Both the position numbers and the translations under genes were made by a program. Shown piece after piece: positions 40,211-49,355 of a stretch of 64,000 bases of DNA. The notes under the pieces are model-generated. The model did no database searches and was not told the origin of the DNA. It was given only the letters and a program-made list of their open reading frames with translations. The stretch's first letter is position 1. The number at the start of each line of letters is the position of its first letter. Source of the stretch: Dehalococcoidia bacterium (GTDB lineage Bacteria; Chloroflexota; Dehalococcoidia; UBA2979); the NCBI GenBank assembly GCA_964291495.2, contig OZ219871.1, forward strand, positions 1,312,001-1,376,000. Direction: 5' to 3'.

Positions 40211-40888
40211 ATGGCAGAGCGGATCCCGCTGCAGCGCGCCGTCGCCGTCATCGGCGACGACAGCGTGGCGATCCGGCGCTCGCGCGCCCAGCTGGTCGCC
40301 CCGCTGATCCAGCTCGCTCTGGCCGCCGGGGCCGTCGCGCTGATCGTCGCCTTCCTCGATGCCCTGCCGCTGGCGCTGCTCATGGTGCTGCTCGTCGTCG
40401 CGCTGCTGATGGGGCCGATCGCGACGCTCGGGCTGATCTACAACGTGATCGGCCGCTCCGTGCTGCTGGAGCGCCGGAAGCAGTCCGTGCGCTGGCAGCA
40501 GGGCCTGCTCGGCCTCGGCATCGGCACCGACGAGCTCGTGCCGTTCTGGCGCATCGACCACATCGCCGTCGAGGGCGACTACGAGGCGGAGCTGGAGAGC
40601 GGCGAGCGGCAGGACCTCGTGACCTGGGAGGTCGAGCTGGTGAAGGACAACGGCAAGCGGCTCACGATCGGCACGGTCGTCGTCGCCCGCCCGCTCGCGG
40701 CCGAGGGCCTGGCGCGCGCGAACCGCCTGGCCGAGGCGGTCGCGGAGCGCAGCGACTCGGCGGCGCACCTCGCCGCGCTGCCGGACGAGCCGCCCGAGGA
40801 GGCGGCAGCGGCGGAAGCCGCGCGGCCGAGGCGCCGCCGCCGCATGGTGCGCGCGGGCTCGGCTCCGCCGGAGGTGAGCGATGACTAG
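40211..40888 (+). CDS. Hypothetical membrane protein
   Basis: Two TM helices then a soluble domain; overlaps next gene. Confidence 0.65.
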   Translation: MAERIPLQRAVAVIGDDSVAIRRSRAQLVAPLIQLALAAGAVALIVAFLDALPLALLMVLLVVALLMGPIATLGLIYNVIGRSVLLERRKQSVRWQQGLLGLGIGTDELVPFWRIDHIAVEGDYEAELESGERQDLVTWEVELVKDNGKRLTIGTVVVARPLAAEGLARANRLAEAVAERSDSAAHLAALPDEPPEEAAAAEAARPRRRRRMVRAGSAPPEVSDD

Positions 40889-41351
40889 CGAGCCGCTGGA
40901 GTGGCAGCTCCTGCGCGAGGCGCGCACGATCGCCGTCGTCGCGCGCTCGCCGCGCACCGATCGCCCGTGGCACGACATCGCCGGCTACCTGATCGAGGCG
41001 GGGTACCTCGTCTACCTCGTGAACCCGCTGCTCGACGAGGCGCATGGGCGGCGCTGCTATGACAGCGTCGACGAGTTGCCGGAGCGCGTCGACATCGTCG
41101 ACGTGTTTCGCCTGCCGTGGGAGGCGCCGGAGGTCGTCGAGGACGCCATCGAGGCGGGTGCGGGCGCGGTCTGGCTGCAGCTCGGCATCGTGCATGAGGA
41201 GGCGGCCGCGCGCGCCCGCGGTGCGGGGCTGCCGGTGGTGATGGATCGCTGCACGAAGGTCGATCACATGCGGATGCAGGCGGACGCAACCGGGGGCGGT
41301 GCGCTACACTGGCGGTCTCCCCCACCCGGTAGCGGAGAGGGGCGCGCTTGA
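40881..41351 (+). CDS. CoA-binding protein (YccU-like)
   Basis: TIAVV, VNP, VDIVDVFR, VWLQLGI, VVMDRC. Confidence 0.85.
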   Translation: MTSEPLEWQLLREARTIAVVARSPRTDRPWHDIAGYLIEAGYLVYLVNPLLDEAHGRRCYDSVDELPERVDIVDVFRLPWEAPEVVEDAIEAGAGAVWLQLGIVHEEAAARARGAGLPVVMDRCTKVDHMRMQADATGGGALHWRSPPPGSGEGRA

Positions 41352-42796
41352 TTCCGAGCCTGCGCGAATCCTGCGGCGTGATGGGCATCTTCGCCCCCGG
41401 CGAGGATGTGGCTCGACTCACCTTCTTCGGCCTGCACTCCCTCCAGCATCGCGGGCAGGAGTCCGCCGGGATCGCCACCGCCAACGGCAAGCCGGGGGTG
41501 CAGCGCTTCGCCGAGATGGGCCTGGTTACCCAGATCTTCCACGAGGAGGTCCTGGAGGACCTCCAGGGCACGCACGCGATCGGTCACACGCGCTACTCGA
41601 CGACCGGGTCGAGCACCCACGCCAACATGCAGCCGCTGATCGTCTCCGGCCCGCAGGGCGAGCTCGCGCTCGCGCACAACGGCAACGTCGTCAACGCCGA
41701 CCTGCTGCGCAGCGACCTCATCGAGCGCGGCGTCGGGTTCGAGACCGGCACGGACTCCGAGGTGCTCGCGCAGCTCCTCGCGAACGCGCCCGGCGGCGAC
41801 TGGGAGCAGCGCTTCAGCTACGTGATGCGGCGCGCCTCCGGCGCCTACTCGCTGACGCTGCTCACGCAGGATGCGCTGTTCGGCGTGCGCGACCCGCTCG
41901 GCATCCGCCCGCTCTGTCTCGGTCGCCTCGGCGGCGGCTGGGTGCTCGCCTCGGAGACCTGCGCGCTGGACACGCTCGGCGCGGAGTTCGTGCGCGAGAT
42001 CGAGCCCGGCGAGGTCGTGCGCATCGACGGAGCCGGCGTGCAGTCCTGGCGCTACGAGGGCGAGCGTCCCGAGGGCCCCTCGCTCTGCCTGCTGGAGCAC
42101 ATCTACTTCGCCCGCCCGGACTCGAAGCTGCAGGGCGAGCGGCTGTACCCGGTGCGCATGCGGATGGGCGCGCAGCTCGCGCGCGAGCATCCCGCGCCCG
42201 GCGACGTCGTGATCGGCATCCCGGACTCGGCGACCGCCGCCGCCGTCGGCTACGCGCAGGAGTCCGGCATCCCCTACGTCGAGGGCCTCGTGAAGAACCG
42301 GTACGTCGGGCGCACCTTCATCCAGCCCGACCAGCGGCTGCGCGATCGAGGCGTGGAGCTGAAGTTCAACCCGCTGCCCGAGTTGCTCGGCGGCCAGCGC
42401 GTGGTCGTCGTCGACGACACGATCGTCCGAGGCACGACCACGCCGCGCGTGGTGGCGATGCTGCGCAAGGCCGGGGCCAGCGAGGTGCACATGCGCATCA
42501 CCTCGCCGCCGATCACGCACCCCTGCTTCTACGGCGTCGACATGGCGACGCGCGGCGAGCTGATCGGCTCGCATCTTGAGATCGAGGAGATCCGCGAACA
42601 CATTGGCGCGGACTCCCTCGGCTACCTCTCGCTGGAGGGAACGGTCGGCGCGACCGGCCAGCAGCGCGACGCGCTCTGCGCGGCCTGCTTCAGCGGGCGC
42701 TACCCGAGCGCCGTGCCGCTGCAGCTCGACAAGTTCGCCCTCGAGAGCGGCGGCTCGATCGACCGGCACGCGGTGCCGCTGCGCGCCGTCCACTGA
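41348..42796 (+). CDS. purF: Amidophosphoribosyltransferase
   Basis: ESCG, LQHRGQES, GHTRYST, RDPLGIRPL, VDDTIVRGTT, PCFYG. Confidence 0.96.
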   Translation: MIPSLRESCGVMGIFAPGEDVARLTFFGLHSLQHRGQESAGIATANGKPGVQRFAEMGLVTQIFHEEVLEDLQGTHAIGHTRYSTTGSSTHANMQPLIVSGPQGELALAHNGNVVNADLLRSDLIERGVGFETGTDSEVLAQLLANAPGGDWEQRFSYVMRRASGAYSLTLLTQDALFGVRDPLGIRPLCLGRLGGGWVLASETCALDTLGAEFVREIEPGEVVRIDGAGVQSWRYEGERPEGPSLCLLEHIYFARPDSKLQGERLYPVRMRMGAQLAREHPAPGDVVIGIPDSATAAAVGYAQESGIPYVEGLVKNRYVGRTFIQPDQRLRDRGVELKFNPLPELLGGQRVVVVDDTIVRGTTTPRVVAMLRKAGASEVHMRITSPPITHPCFYGVDMATRGELIGSHLEIEEIREHIGADSLGYLSLEGTVGATGQQRDALCAACFSGRYPSAVPLQLDKFALESGGSIDRHAVPLRAVH

Positions 42797-42863
42797 GCAC
42801 CATTGAGGATGGAGTGCGGGGTATGATCCGGCCCGGCCCGACGCCTCCCCCGGAGCCCGCGCG

Positions 42864-43937
42864 ATGAGCGCCTCGACCGAACGCCCGCCCACCCCGCTGC
42901 GCTACGCCGACGCGGGCGTCGACGTGCAGGCCGCCGAGGCGAGCATCGGCGACCTGCGGCTGATCGCCGAACGGGCGAGCCGCCCCGAGGTGCTCGGCGG
43001 AGTCGGCGCCTTCGCCGGGCTGTTCCGCCTCGGCGCCGGGCACTACCGCGACCCGGTGCTCGTCGCCAGCGCCGACGGCGTCGGCACCAAGGTGCTGATC
43101 GCCGGCGCGCTCGGACGCTACGAGGGCGTCGGGCAGGACCTCGTGAACCACTGCGTCAACGACATCCTCACCGCCGGCGCCGAGCCGCTCTTCTTCCTCG
43201 ACTATCTCGCGACGGCCGGCCTCGCGCAGGAGCGGCGGCTCGAGCTCGTCGCCGGGATCGGCGCGGCCTGCGAGGAGAACGGCGTGGCCCTGCTCGGCGG
43301 CGAGACGGCCGACATGCCGGACCTCTACTCGCCCGGCGACTACGACCTCGCCGGCTTCATCGTCGGCGTCGCCGAGCGCGAGGCGATCCTCGACGGCTCG
43401 GCGATCGACGAGGGCGACGTGCTGATCGCGCTGCCCTCGACTGGGTTGCAGACGAACGGCTACTCGCTTGTGCGCGAGATCTTCGGCATCGCCAAGGGTC
43501 TCGGCGAGGAGCGCGACCGCGAGCTGCTGGACGAGCGCGTCGAGGAGCTCGGCGGCACGCTCGGCGAGGCGCTGCTGGCGGTGCACGGCTCCTTCCTCGA
43601 GGTCGTGCGGCCACTGCTGCCGCGCCTGCGCGGCATGGCGCACATCACGGGCGGTGGGCTGCCGGGCAACGTGCCGCGGATGCTGCCCGAGGGCCTGCGC
43701 GCGCACCTCGACGTCGCGAGCTGGGAGCCGCCGCCGCTGTTCGCGCACATCCAGCGCGCCGGCGGCATCGAGGACGGCGAGATGTTCCGCACGTTCAACA
43801 TGGGTATCGGCATGGTGCTCGTCGCGTCGCCCCCGGACGCGGCCACCGTGCTGGAGGCGGCGCCGGGCAGCTGGCGCTGCGGCGTCGTCGAGCGCCGCGC
43901 CGAGGGCGCGCCGGCAGTCGCCGGGTTACCGGAGTAG
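42864..43937 (+). CDS. purM: AIR synthetase
   Basis: YADAGVD, DGVGTK, GGETA, AHITGGG, FNMGIG. Confidence 0.96.
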   Translation: MSASTERPPTPLRYADAGVDVQAAEASIGDLRLIAERASRPEVLGGVGAFAGLFRLGAGHYRDPVLVASADGVGTKVLIAGALGRYEGVGQDLVNHCVNDILTAGAEPLFFLDYLATAGLAQERRLELVAGIGAACEENGVALLGGETADMPDLYSPGDYDLAGFIVGVAEREAILDGSAIDEGDVLIALPSTGLQTNGYSLVREIFGIAKGLGEERDRELLDERVEELGGTLGEALLAVHGSFLEVVRPLLPRLRGMAHITGGGLPGNVPRMLPEGLRAHLDVASWEPPPLFAHIQRAGGIEDGEMFRTFNMGIGMVLVASPPDAATVLEAAPGSWRCGVVERRAEGAPAVAGLPE

Positions 43938-43952
43938 CGAGGGGGAGACACG

Positions 43953-45518
43953 ATGCGCGCGATCCTGAGCGCCTACGACAAGACGGGCATCACCGGGCTG
44001 GCACAGGGCCTGCACGACCTCGGCTGGGAGCTGTTCTCCACCGGCCGCACGCAGGCCGCCATCGCCGAGGCGGGCGTGCCCGTGGAGAGCATCGCGACGA
44101 TGACCGGCAGCCCCGAGATGCTCGAGGGGCGCGTGAAGACGCTGCATCCGAAGGTGCACGGCGGCCTGCTCGCGCGCCGCGACCGCGAGGACGACGCGGC
44201 GGAGCTGGCGACGCACGGCATCGACCCGATCGACCTCGTGGCGGTGAACCTCTATCCCTTCATCGAGACCGTGAGCGGCACCGACGTCAGCCTTGCCGAG
44301 GCGCTCGAGGAGATAGACATCGGCGGCCCGACCATGATCCGCGCGGCGGCCAAGAACCACCCGTGGGTGATCCCGGTCGTCGACCCCGCGGACTACGAGA
44401 TGATCCTCGAGGCGTTGAGCGCGGGCGGGCTCGACGCCGGGGCGCGGCGCGCGCTGGCGGCGAAGGCGTTCGCGCACGTCTCGCACTACGACGCCGCGAT
44501 CGCTGAGTACCTGCGCGGCGAGGACGACCTGCTGCCGGAGCAGCTGACGCTGGCGATGACCCGCGTGGAGGTGATGCGTTACGGCGAGAACCCGCACCAG
44601 CAGGGTGCGTTCTACACGCTCGACTCCGTCCGCCAGCCCGTGGAGGGCATCGGCGGCTTCGAGCAGCACCACGGGCAGGGCATGTCGTACGTCAACTTCC
44701 TCGATGCCGACGCCGCATTCAATCTCGTTTGCGACGTCGAGGGCGCTGCGGTGGCGATCATCAAGCACACGAACCCCGCCTGCTTCGCCGCGGGCGCCGA
44801 GGGCGACGCGCTCGCGCCGCTCTACGAGCGCTCGCTGGCCGAGGGCGACTACGTCTCGGCGTACGGCGGCATCGTCGCGGTCAACCGCCCGATCGACTTC
44901 GAGATGGCGGACGCGCTGCGCCAGGTACGTAATCCCGAGTCTGGTGTGCGCATGCGCTACGACATCGTGATCGCGCCGGGCTATACCGAGGACGGCCTGG
45001 AGCACCTGAAGAAGAAGTCGAGGGACCTGCGCATTCTCGAGGCGCCGCCGGGCGAGCCCCGGCGTGAGCGCATCGAGGCTCGCGGCATCCGCGGCGCGAT
45101 GCTGCTGCAGACGGCCGATGTCTCCGAGGAAACGACATTCGACCTCACGAGCGAGCGCGAGCCCTCGGGGGCGGAGCTCGAGGATCTGCGGCTCGCCTGG
45201 GTGGTGTGCAAGCACGTGAAGTCCAACGCCGTCGTGTTCGTGAAGGACGGCGTGCTGATCGGCATGGGCGCCGGTCAGCCCAACCGCGTCGGAAGCGCCC
45301 GGCTCTGCCAGCAGCAGGCGGGCGAGCGGGCGCGGGGCGCGGTTGCCGCGACGGACGCGTTCATCCCCTTCCCCGACACCATCGAGGTGTGCGCCGAGGC
45401 CGGTTGCACGGTAGTCGCCCACACCGGCGGCTCGATCCGCGACGAGGACTCGATCGAGACCGCGAACCGCCTCGGCGTCTCGCTGGTAGCAACCGGAGCG
45501 CGCCACTTCCGCCACTAG
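43953..45518 (+). CDS. purH: AICAR transformylase/IMP cyclohydrolase
   Basis: GRVKTLHP, IDIGG, RYGENPHQ, KHTNP, KSNA, RHFRH. Confidence 0.96.
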   Translation: MRAILSAYDKTGITGLAQGLHDLGWELFSTGRTQAAIAEAGVPVESIATMTGSPEMLEGRVKTLHPKVHGGLLARRDREDDAAELATHGIDPIDLVAVNLYPFIETVSGTDVSLAEALEEIDIGGPTMIRAAAKNHPWVIPVVDPADYEMILEALSAGGLDAGARRALAAKAFAHVSHYDAAIAEYLRGEDDLLPEQLTLAMTRVEVMRYGENPHQQGAFYTLDSVRQPVEGIGGFEQHHGQGMSYVNFLDADAAFNLVCDVEGAAVAIIKHTNPACFAAGAEGDALAPLYERSLAEGDYVSAYGGIVAVNRPIDFEMADALRQVRNPESGVRMRYDIVIAPGYTEDGLEHLKKKSRDLRILEAPPGEPRRERIEARGIRGAMLLQTADVSEETTFDLTSEREPSGAELEDLRLAWVVCKHVKSNAVVFVKDGVLIGMGAGQPNRVGSARLCQQQAGERARGAVAATDAFIPFPDTIEVCAEAGCTVVAHTGGSIRDEDSIETANRLGVSLVATGARHFRH

Positions 45519-45579
45519 TTTGCGATTCGCTCCGGCCCCCTCGGAAGCCTCGAGGGCGCACCGAACCTCGCGAGCGGCG

Positions 45580-45716
45580 ATCCGGCCCCCTCTCCTGGGG
45601 GAGAGGGTTGGGGTGAGGGGGCTCGCCTCGCCGTCGCCGTCCTCGCCGGGTTGTTGCGCCCGCGGCGGCATCCTCCCTCGCCCTCCGCCCTCTCCCTCGG
45701 GGCGAGGGGACCGGAT
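45580..45716. repeat. Inverted pair of REP-like palindromic elements
   Basis: ATCCGGCCCCCTCTCC...GGGAGAGGGTTGGGGTGAGGGG and an imperfect reverse complement at ~45672-45716. Confidence 0.7.
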
Positions 45717-45799
45717 GCTCCTCTGCATCCGCCTGCGGACGCCGTGGGCAACGGTCCGGTTGCCCCGAACGCGTCATAACCCGCTACGATTGGCGCACG

Positions 45800-46552
45800 A
45801 TGGCGAACGTCGACCTCGTGCTGCCGGTCTACAACGAGGAGCTGATCCTCGCGCAGAGCGTCGCGCGCGTTCTCGAATGGACGGACGCGCACCCGGAGCA
45901 CGACTGGCGCATCGTCGTCGCCGACAACGCCTCGACGGACCGCACGTTCCAGATCGCGCGCGAGCTGGAGGAGGAGCACGGCGGCGAGGAGGGCGGGCGC
46001 TTCGTCGCGCTGCACATCCCGGTCAAGGGGCGTGGCATCGCGCTGCGCGTCAGCTGGCTGACCTCGCCCGCGGACGTGCTCGCCTACATGGACGTCGATC
46101 TCTCGACGGACCTGAAGCACATCCCGGCGCTGATCGACCCGATCGCCGCGGGCGAGGTGGACGTCAGCTACGGCACGCGGCTGCATCAGGACTCGGAGAC
46201 GGAGCGCTCGCTGCGCCGCGAGTTCACCTCGAGGACCTACGTGCAGATCCTGCGGCGGCTGGGGCGGCTCAACGTCACCGACGCGCAGTGCGGCTTCAAG
46301 GCGATCGGCCGCGAGCCCGCGCGGGCGCTGCTGCCGCTGGTGCGCGACACCGGCTGGTTCTTCGACTCGGAGCTGCTGCTGCTGGCGCAGGAGAATGGTT
46401 ACCGCCTGCGCGAGGTGCCCGTGCGCTGGATCGAGGATCGCGACAGCCGCGTCAAGATCCTGCACACGGCAATCGAGGACCTCAGGGGACTGTGGCGGCT
46501 GCGCATCGGCGGGGTGCCGCGCGTGCCGCAGCGCGGCGGCGGCGCCGGGTAG
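45800..46552 (+). CDS. GT2 glycosyltransferase (polyprenol-phosphate glycosyltransferase-like)
   Basis: LPVYNEE, ADNASTD, YMDVDLSTD, DAQCGFKA, WFFDSELL. Confidence 0.88.
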   Translation: MANVDLVLPVYNEELILAQSVARVLEWTDAHPEHDWRIVVADNASTDRTFQIARELEEEHGGEEGGRFVALHIPVKGRGIALRVSWLTSPADVLAYMDVDLSTDLKHIPALIDPIAAGEVDVSYGTRLHQDSETERSLRREFTSRTYVQILRRLGRLNVTDAQCGFKAIGREPARALLPLVRDTGWFFDSELLLLAQENGYRLREVPVRWIEDRDSRVKILHTAIEDLRGLWRLRIGGVPRVPQRGGGAG

Positions 46553-46618
46553 GCCGCCAGCGAGGGGTCGCCGCGCCCCGATCGGGCGCATTCCAGGCCG
46601 TCTCGGGCGCTCGAATCC

Positions 46619-46648
46619 TTGACCGTAGGAAAGGGGCGTCGCTAGGAT
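46619..46648 (+). promoter_or_regulatory. Putative promoter of the cytochrome b operon
   Basis: TTGACC-18 bp-TAGGAT. Confidence 0.5.
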
Positions 46649-46722
46649 CGCGGCGCCTGGGAGCGGGGCGTTCGCCTCGCTGCGGCGGCTGCTTGCCTCG
46701 GGCAGCGAAAGAGGGGCGCTCC

Positions 46723-46830
46723 ATGATCTTCGGTGAAGTCGGAGAAGCGCTCGAACTCACCATCATCTTCTTCCTGATGATGGGAGCCTTCGCGACGCTC
46801 GTGCTGCTCGGCAAGTGGTGGGAAGCCTAG
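46723..46830 (+). CDS. 35-aa single-TM small protein (MIFGEVGEALELTIIFFLMMGAFATLVLLGKWWEA)
   Basis: GAGGGG SD 6 nt before ATG; one hydrophobic helix; first ORF after the promoter. Confidence 0.65.
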   Translation: MIFGEVGEALELTIIFFLMMGAFATLVLLGKWWEA

Positions 46831-46878
46831 AGACGGCGACAACCATCGGCTCGCGCGTGAGCTGATCGGGGGGAGCGG

Positions 46879-47634
46879 ATGGCGACGACCGAGCGCCCGC
46901 AGGGCCGACCGCTTGCTGATCGGCTGTACGACTTCACCGTCAACAACCGCGTCTGGCGTTCGATCATCCGCACCGGCTACCCGAACACGCCGCGCAACCA
47001 GATGCTCGCCGTCGCGACGAACGTCTTCCTGCACCTGCACCCGACGCGCATCCACCGCACGCACGTCAAGATCACGCACACCTACTGCCTCGGCGGCCTC
47101 TCCTTCTTCCTCTTCCTCGGGCTCACGATCACCGGCGTGCTGCTGATGTTCTATTACGTGCCCTCGGTCGAGCGGGCCTACCAGGACATGCAGGCGCTGC
47201 AGACGGACGTGCGCTTCGGGATGCTGATGCGCAACACGCACCGCTGGATGGCGCACGGCATGGTGATCACCGTGCTGATGCACATGATGCGCGTCTTCTA
47301 CACCGGCGCGTACAAGCCGCCTCGCGAGTTCAACTGGATCGTCGGCGTCGTGCTGCTCGTGCTCACGCTGCTGCTCTCCTTCACCGGCTACCTGCTGCCG
47401 TGGGATGAGCTGGCGTTCTGGGCGATCACCGTCGGCACGAACATGATCGGCTCCGACCCGGTCCTCGGCGAGGTCAACCAGTTCGTCATGATCGGCGGCT
47501 TCGAGGTCGGCCAGAACGCCCTGATCCGCTTCTACACCCTCCATGTGGTAGGACTGCCGCTGATTGCGGCGATCTTCATGGCCGTCCACTTCTGGCGAAT
47601 CCGCCGTGACGGCGGGCTCGCCCGGCCGCTGTAG
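46879..47634 (+). CDS. Cytochrome b6-like subunit (split cytochrome b, N-part)
   Basis: [33 protein letters not shown]...HF. Confidence 0.92.
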   Translation: MATTERPQGRPLADRLYDFTVNNRVWRSIIRTGYPNTPRNQMLAVATNVFLHLHPTRIHRTHVKITHTYCLGGLSFFLFLGLTITGVLLMFYYVPSVERAYQDMQALQTDVRFGMLMRNTHRWMAHGMVITVLMHMMRVFYTGAYKPPREFNWIVGVVLLVLTLLLSFTGYLLPWDELAFWAITVGTNMIGSDPVLGEVNQFVMIGGFEVGQNALIRFYTLHVVGLPLIAAIFMAVHFWRIRRDGGLARPL

Positions 47635-47673
47635 GCGCCGGGCGCAGGCGCGCGGAGAGGCGAAGGAACGCCG

Positions 47674-48609
47674 ATGGTCGCGGACGCACCCGCTCGCGGT
47701 CCCTCGAGGTCGCGCGGCGCCGTACCCAGCGCACGCCCGCGCCGCCAGCGCGAGGAAGAGCTGCTGGTCTGGCCGGACCTTGTCTTCGTCGAGTTCATCT
47801 CGGCGCTGGTCTTCACCCTCACGTTCGTCGCGCTCGCGATCCTGATCAACGCGCCGCTGCAGGACCGCGCGAACCCGGCCAACACGCCGAACCCCTCGAA
47901 GGCGCCGTGGTACTTCCTGAACCTGCAGGAGCTGCTGCTGCACATGCACCCGGCGCTCGCCGGGGTGATCGTGCCGACGGTCTTCCTGATCATCCTTGGC
48001 GCCGTGCCCTTCTTCGACACCTCGAACGAGGGTCAGGGGCAGTGGCTGAGCACGCCGCGCGCCTGGCCGAACGTGATCGTCGGCTTCATCGTCGGCACCA
48101 TCGGCACCTGGGCGCTGATCATCTACAACTCGGGCAAGCACATCGTCGTGTTCGAGCGCTTCACGTTCGACGCCGACAGCTTCGACAACTTCCCGCCGCT
48201 GATCGTCGACGAGCGGCTGCGGGCGTGGCCGGAGAGCCTGAACTGGCTGACCAGCGTTCGAGCGCTGCAGACGGAGATCAACTGGCCGAGCGAGCTGGAG
48301 ACGATCCCCCTCGGCGAGACGTTCGTTCGCACGGACCTGCTGGGGCTGCCGCGCGGCAGCATCCAGTGGAACTTCCCGGCCTGGATTGTCGAGCAGGCGA
48401 TCCCGGTCAACCTGATGGTCGGCTTGCCGCTGCTGCTCTGCCTCGTCGCCTGGCGCCTCGGGCTGGCGAAGACACGGCGCGACTTCATGATCCTGCTGTT
48501 CTCCGGCTGGCTGGGCTCCTACCTGGCGCTCACGATGGCCGGGACGTACTTCCGCGGCGAGGGCCTCGAGTTGCTCTGGCCGTGGGAGGTCCGGCCGGCC
48601 GAGTCATAG
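47674..48609 (+). CDS. Cytochrome b subunit IV-like protein
   Basis: VWPD, APL...ANP..TPNPSKAPWYF (APWY at the PEWY position), extra TM helices. Confidence 0.85.
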   Translation: MVADAPARGPSRSRGAVPSARPRRQREEELLVWPDLVFVEFISALVFTLTFVALAILINAPLQDRANPANTPNPSKAPWYFLNLQELLLHMHPALAGVIVPTVFLIILGAVPFFDTSNEGQGQWLSTPRAWPNVIVGFIVGTIGTWALIIYNSGKHIVVFERFTFDADSFDNFPPLIVDERLRAWPESLNWLTSVRALQTEINWPSELETIPLGETFVRTDLLGLPRGSIQWNFPAWIVEQAIPVNLMVGLPLLLCLVAWRLGLAKTRRDFMILLFSGWLGSYLALTMAGTYFRGEGLELLWPWEVRPAES

Positions 48610-48631
48610 TCGGCGGACGAGGGGTGCAGTA

Positions 48632-49315
48632 GTGACGAACGAGGCGGAAGGCGGAGGCGCTGCGGTGCAGGACGCTCCCGACCCCGGGCAGGTGACGGAC
48701 GCCTGGCGCGAGGCGATCGCCGCGCGCCGCACCCGCGCGCCCGAGGAGGCGCCGGTCCCGGCAGCGCAGGCGCGCCGCCCCACCGGCCCGATCACCTCGC
48801 GCCGCAACTTCATCCGCGCCTCCTTCTGGGGCGGGCTGGGGCTGGCGCTGCTCGGCCTCGTTGGCTCGCTGCTGGACTTCATGTACCCGCGGGGCATCAA
48901 GGGCTTCGGGGGTCCGGTGGCCGCCGGGAACATCGCCGAGTACCCGCCGGGCGGCGACCCGGTGCACTTCATCACCGGGCAGTTCTGGCTGGTGAACCTC
49001 GACCCGAACGAGACACGGCCGGGCGGCAGCGGCGGCGGCGCCGGGCTGCTCGCGCTCTGGCACAAGTGCCCGCACCTCGGCTGCACCGTGCCGTGGCGCT
49101 CCGGCTTCACCTACGACAACGACCAGGGCTGGTATCGCTGCCCCTGCCACGGCTCGACCTACACCAAGGCCGGCATTCGCGTGTTCGGCCCGGCCCCGCG
49201 CTCGATGACCACGATGAAGGTCGATGTCGACTCCGCGGGCAACGTCACCGTGCAGACCGGCGACCGCCTCGACGGTGGTCCCGACAACCCGCAGCGCGCG
49301 GGCCAGACCTCCTGA
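48632..49315 (+). CDS. Rieske [2Fe-2S] protein, Tat-exported
   Basis: SRRNFIR, CPHLGC, CPCHGSTY, GPAPR. Confidence 0.93.
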   Translation: MTNEAEGGGAAVQDAPDPGQVTDAWREAIAARRTRAPEEAPVPAAQARRPTGPITSRRNFIRASFWGGLGLALLGLVGSLLDFMYPRGIKGFGGPVAAGNIAEYPPGGDPVHFITGQFWLVNLDPNETRPGGSGGGAGLLALWHKCPHLGCTVPWRSGFTYDNDQGWYRCPCHGSTYTKAGIRVFGPAPRSMTTMKVDVDSAGNVTVQTGDRLDGGPDNPQRAGQTS

Positions 49316-49355
49316 TGCAGCAGGCCGACGGACGCTCTCGGGGAACTGAGGCGAG

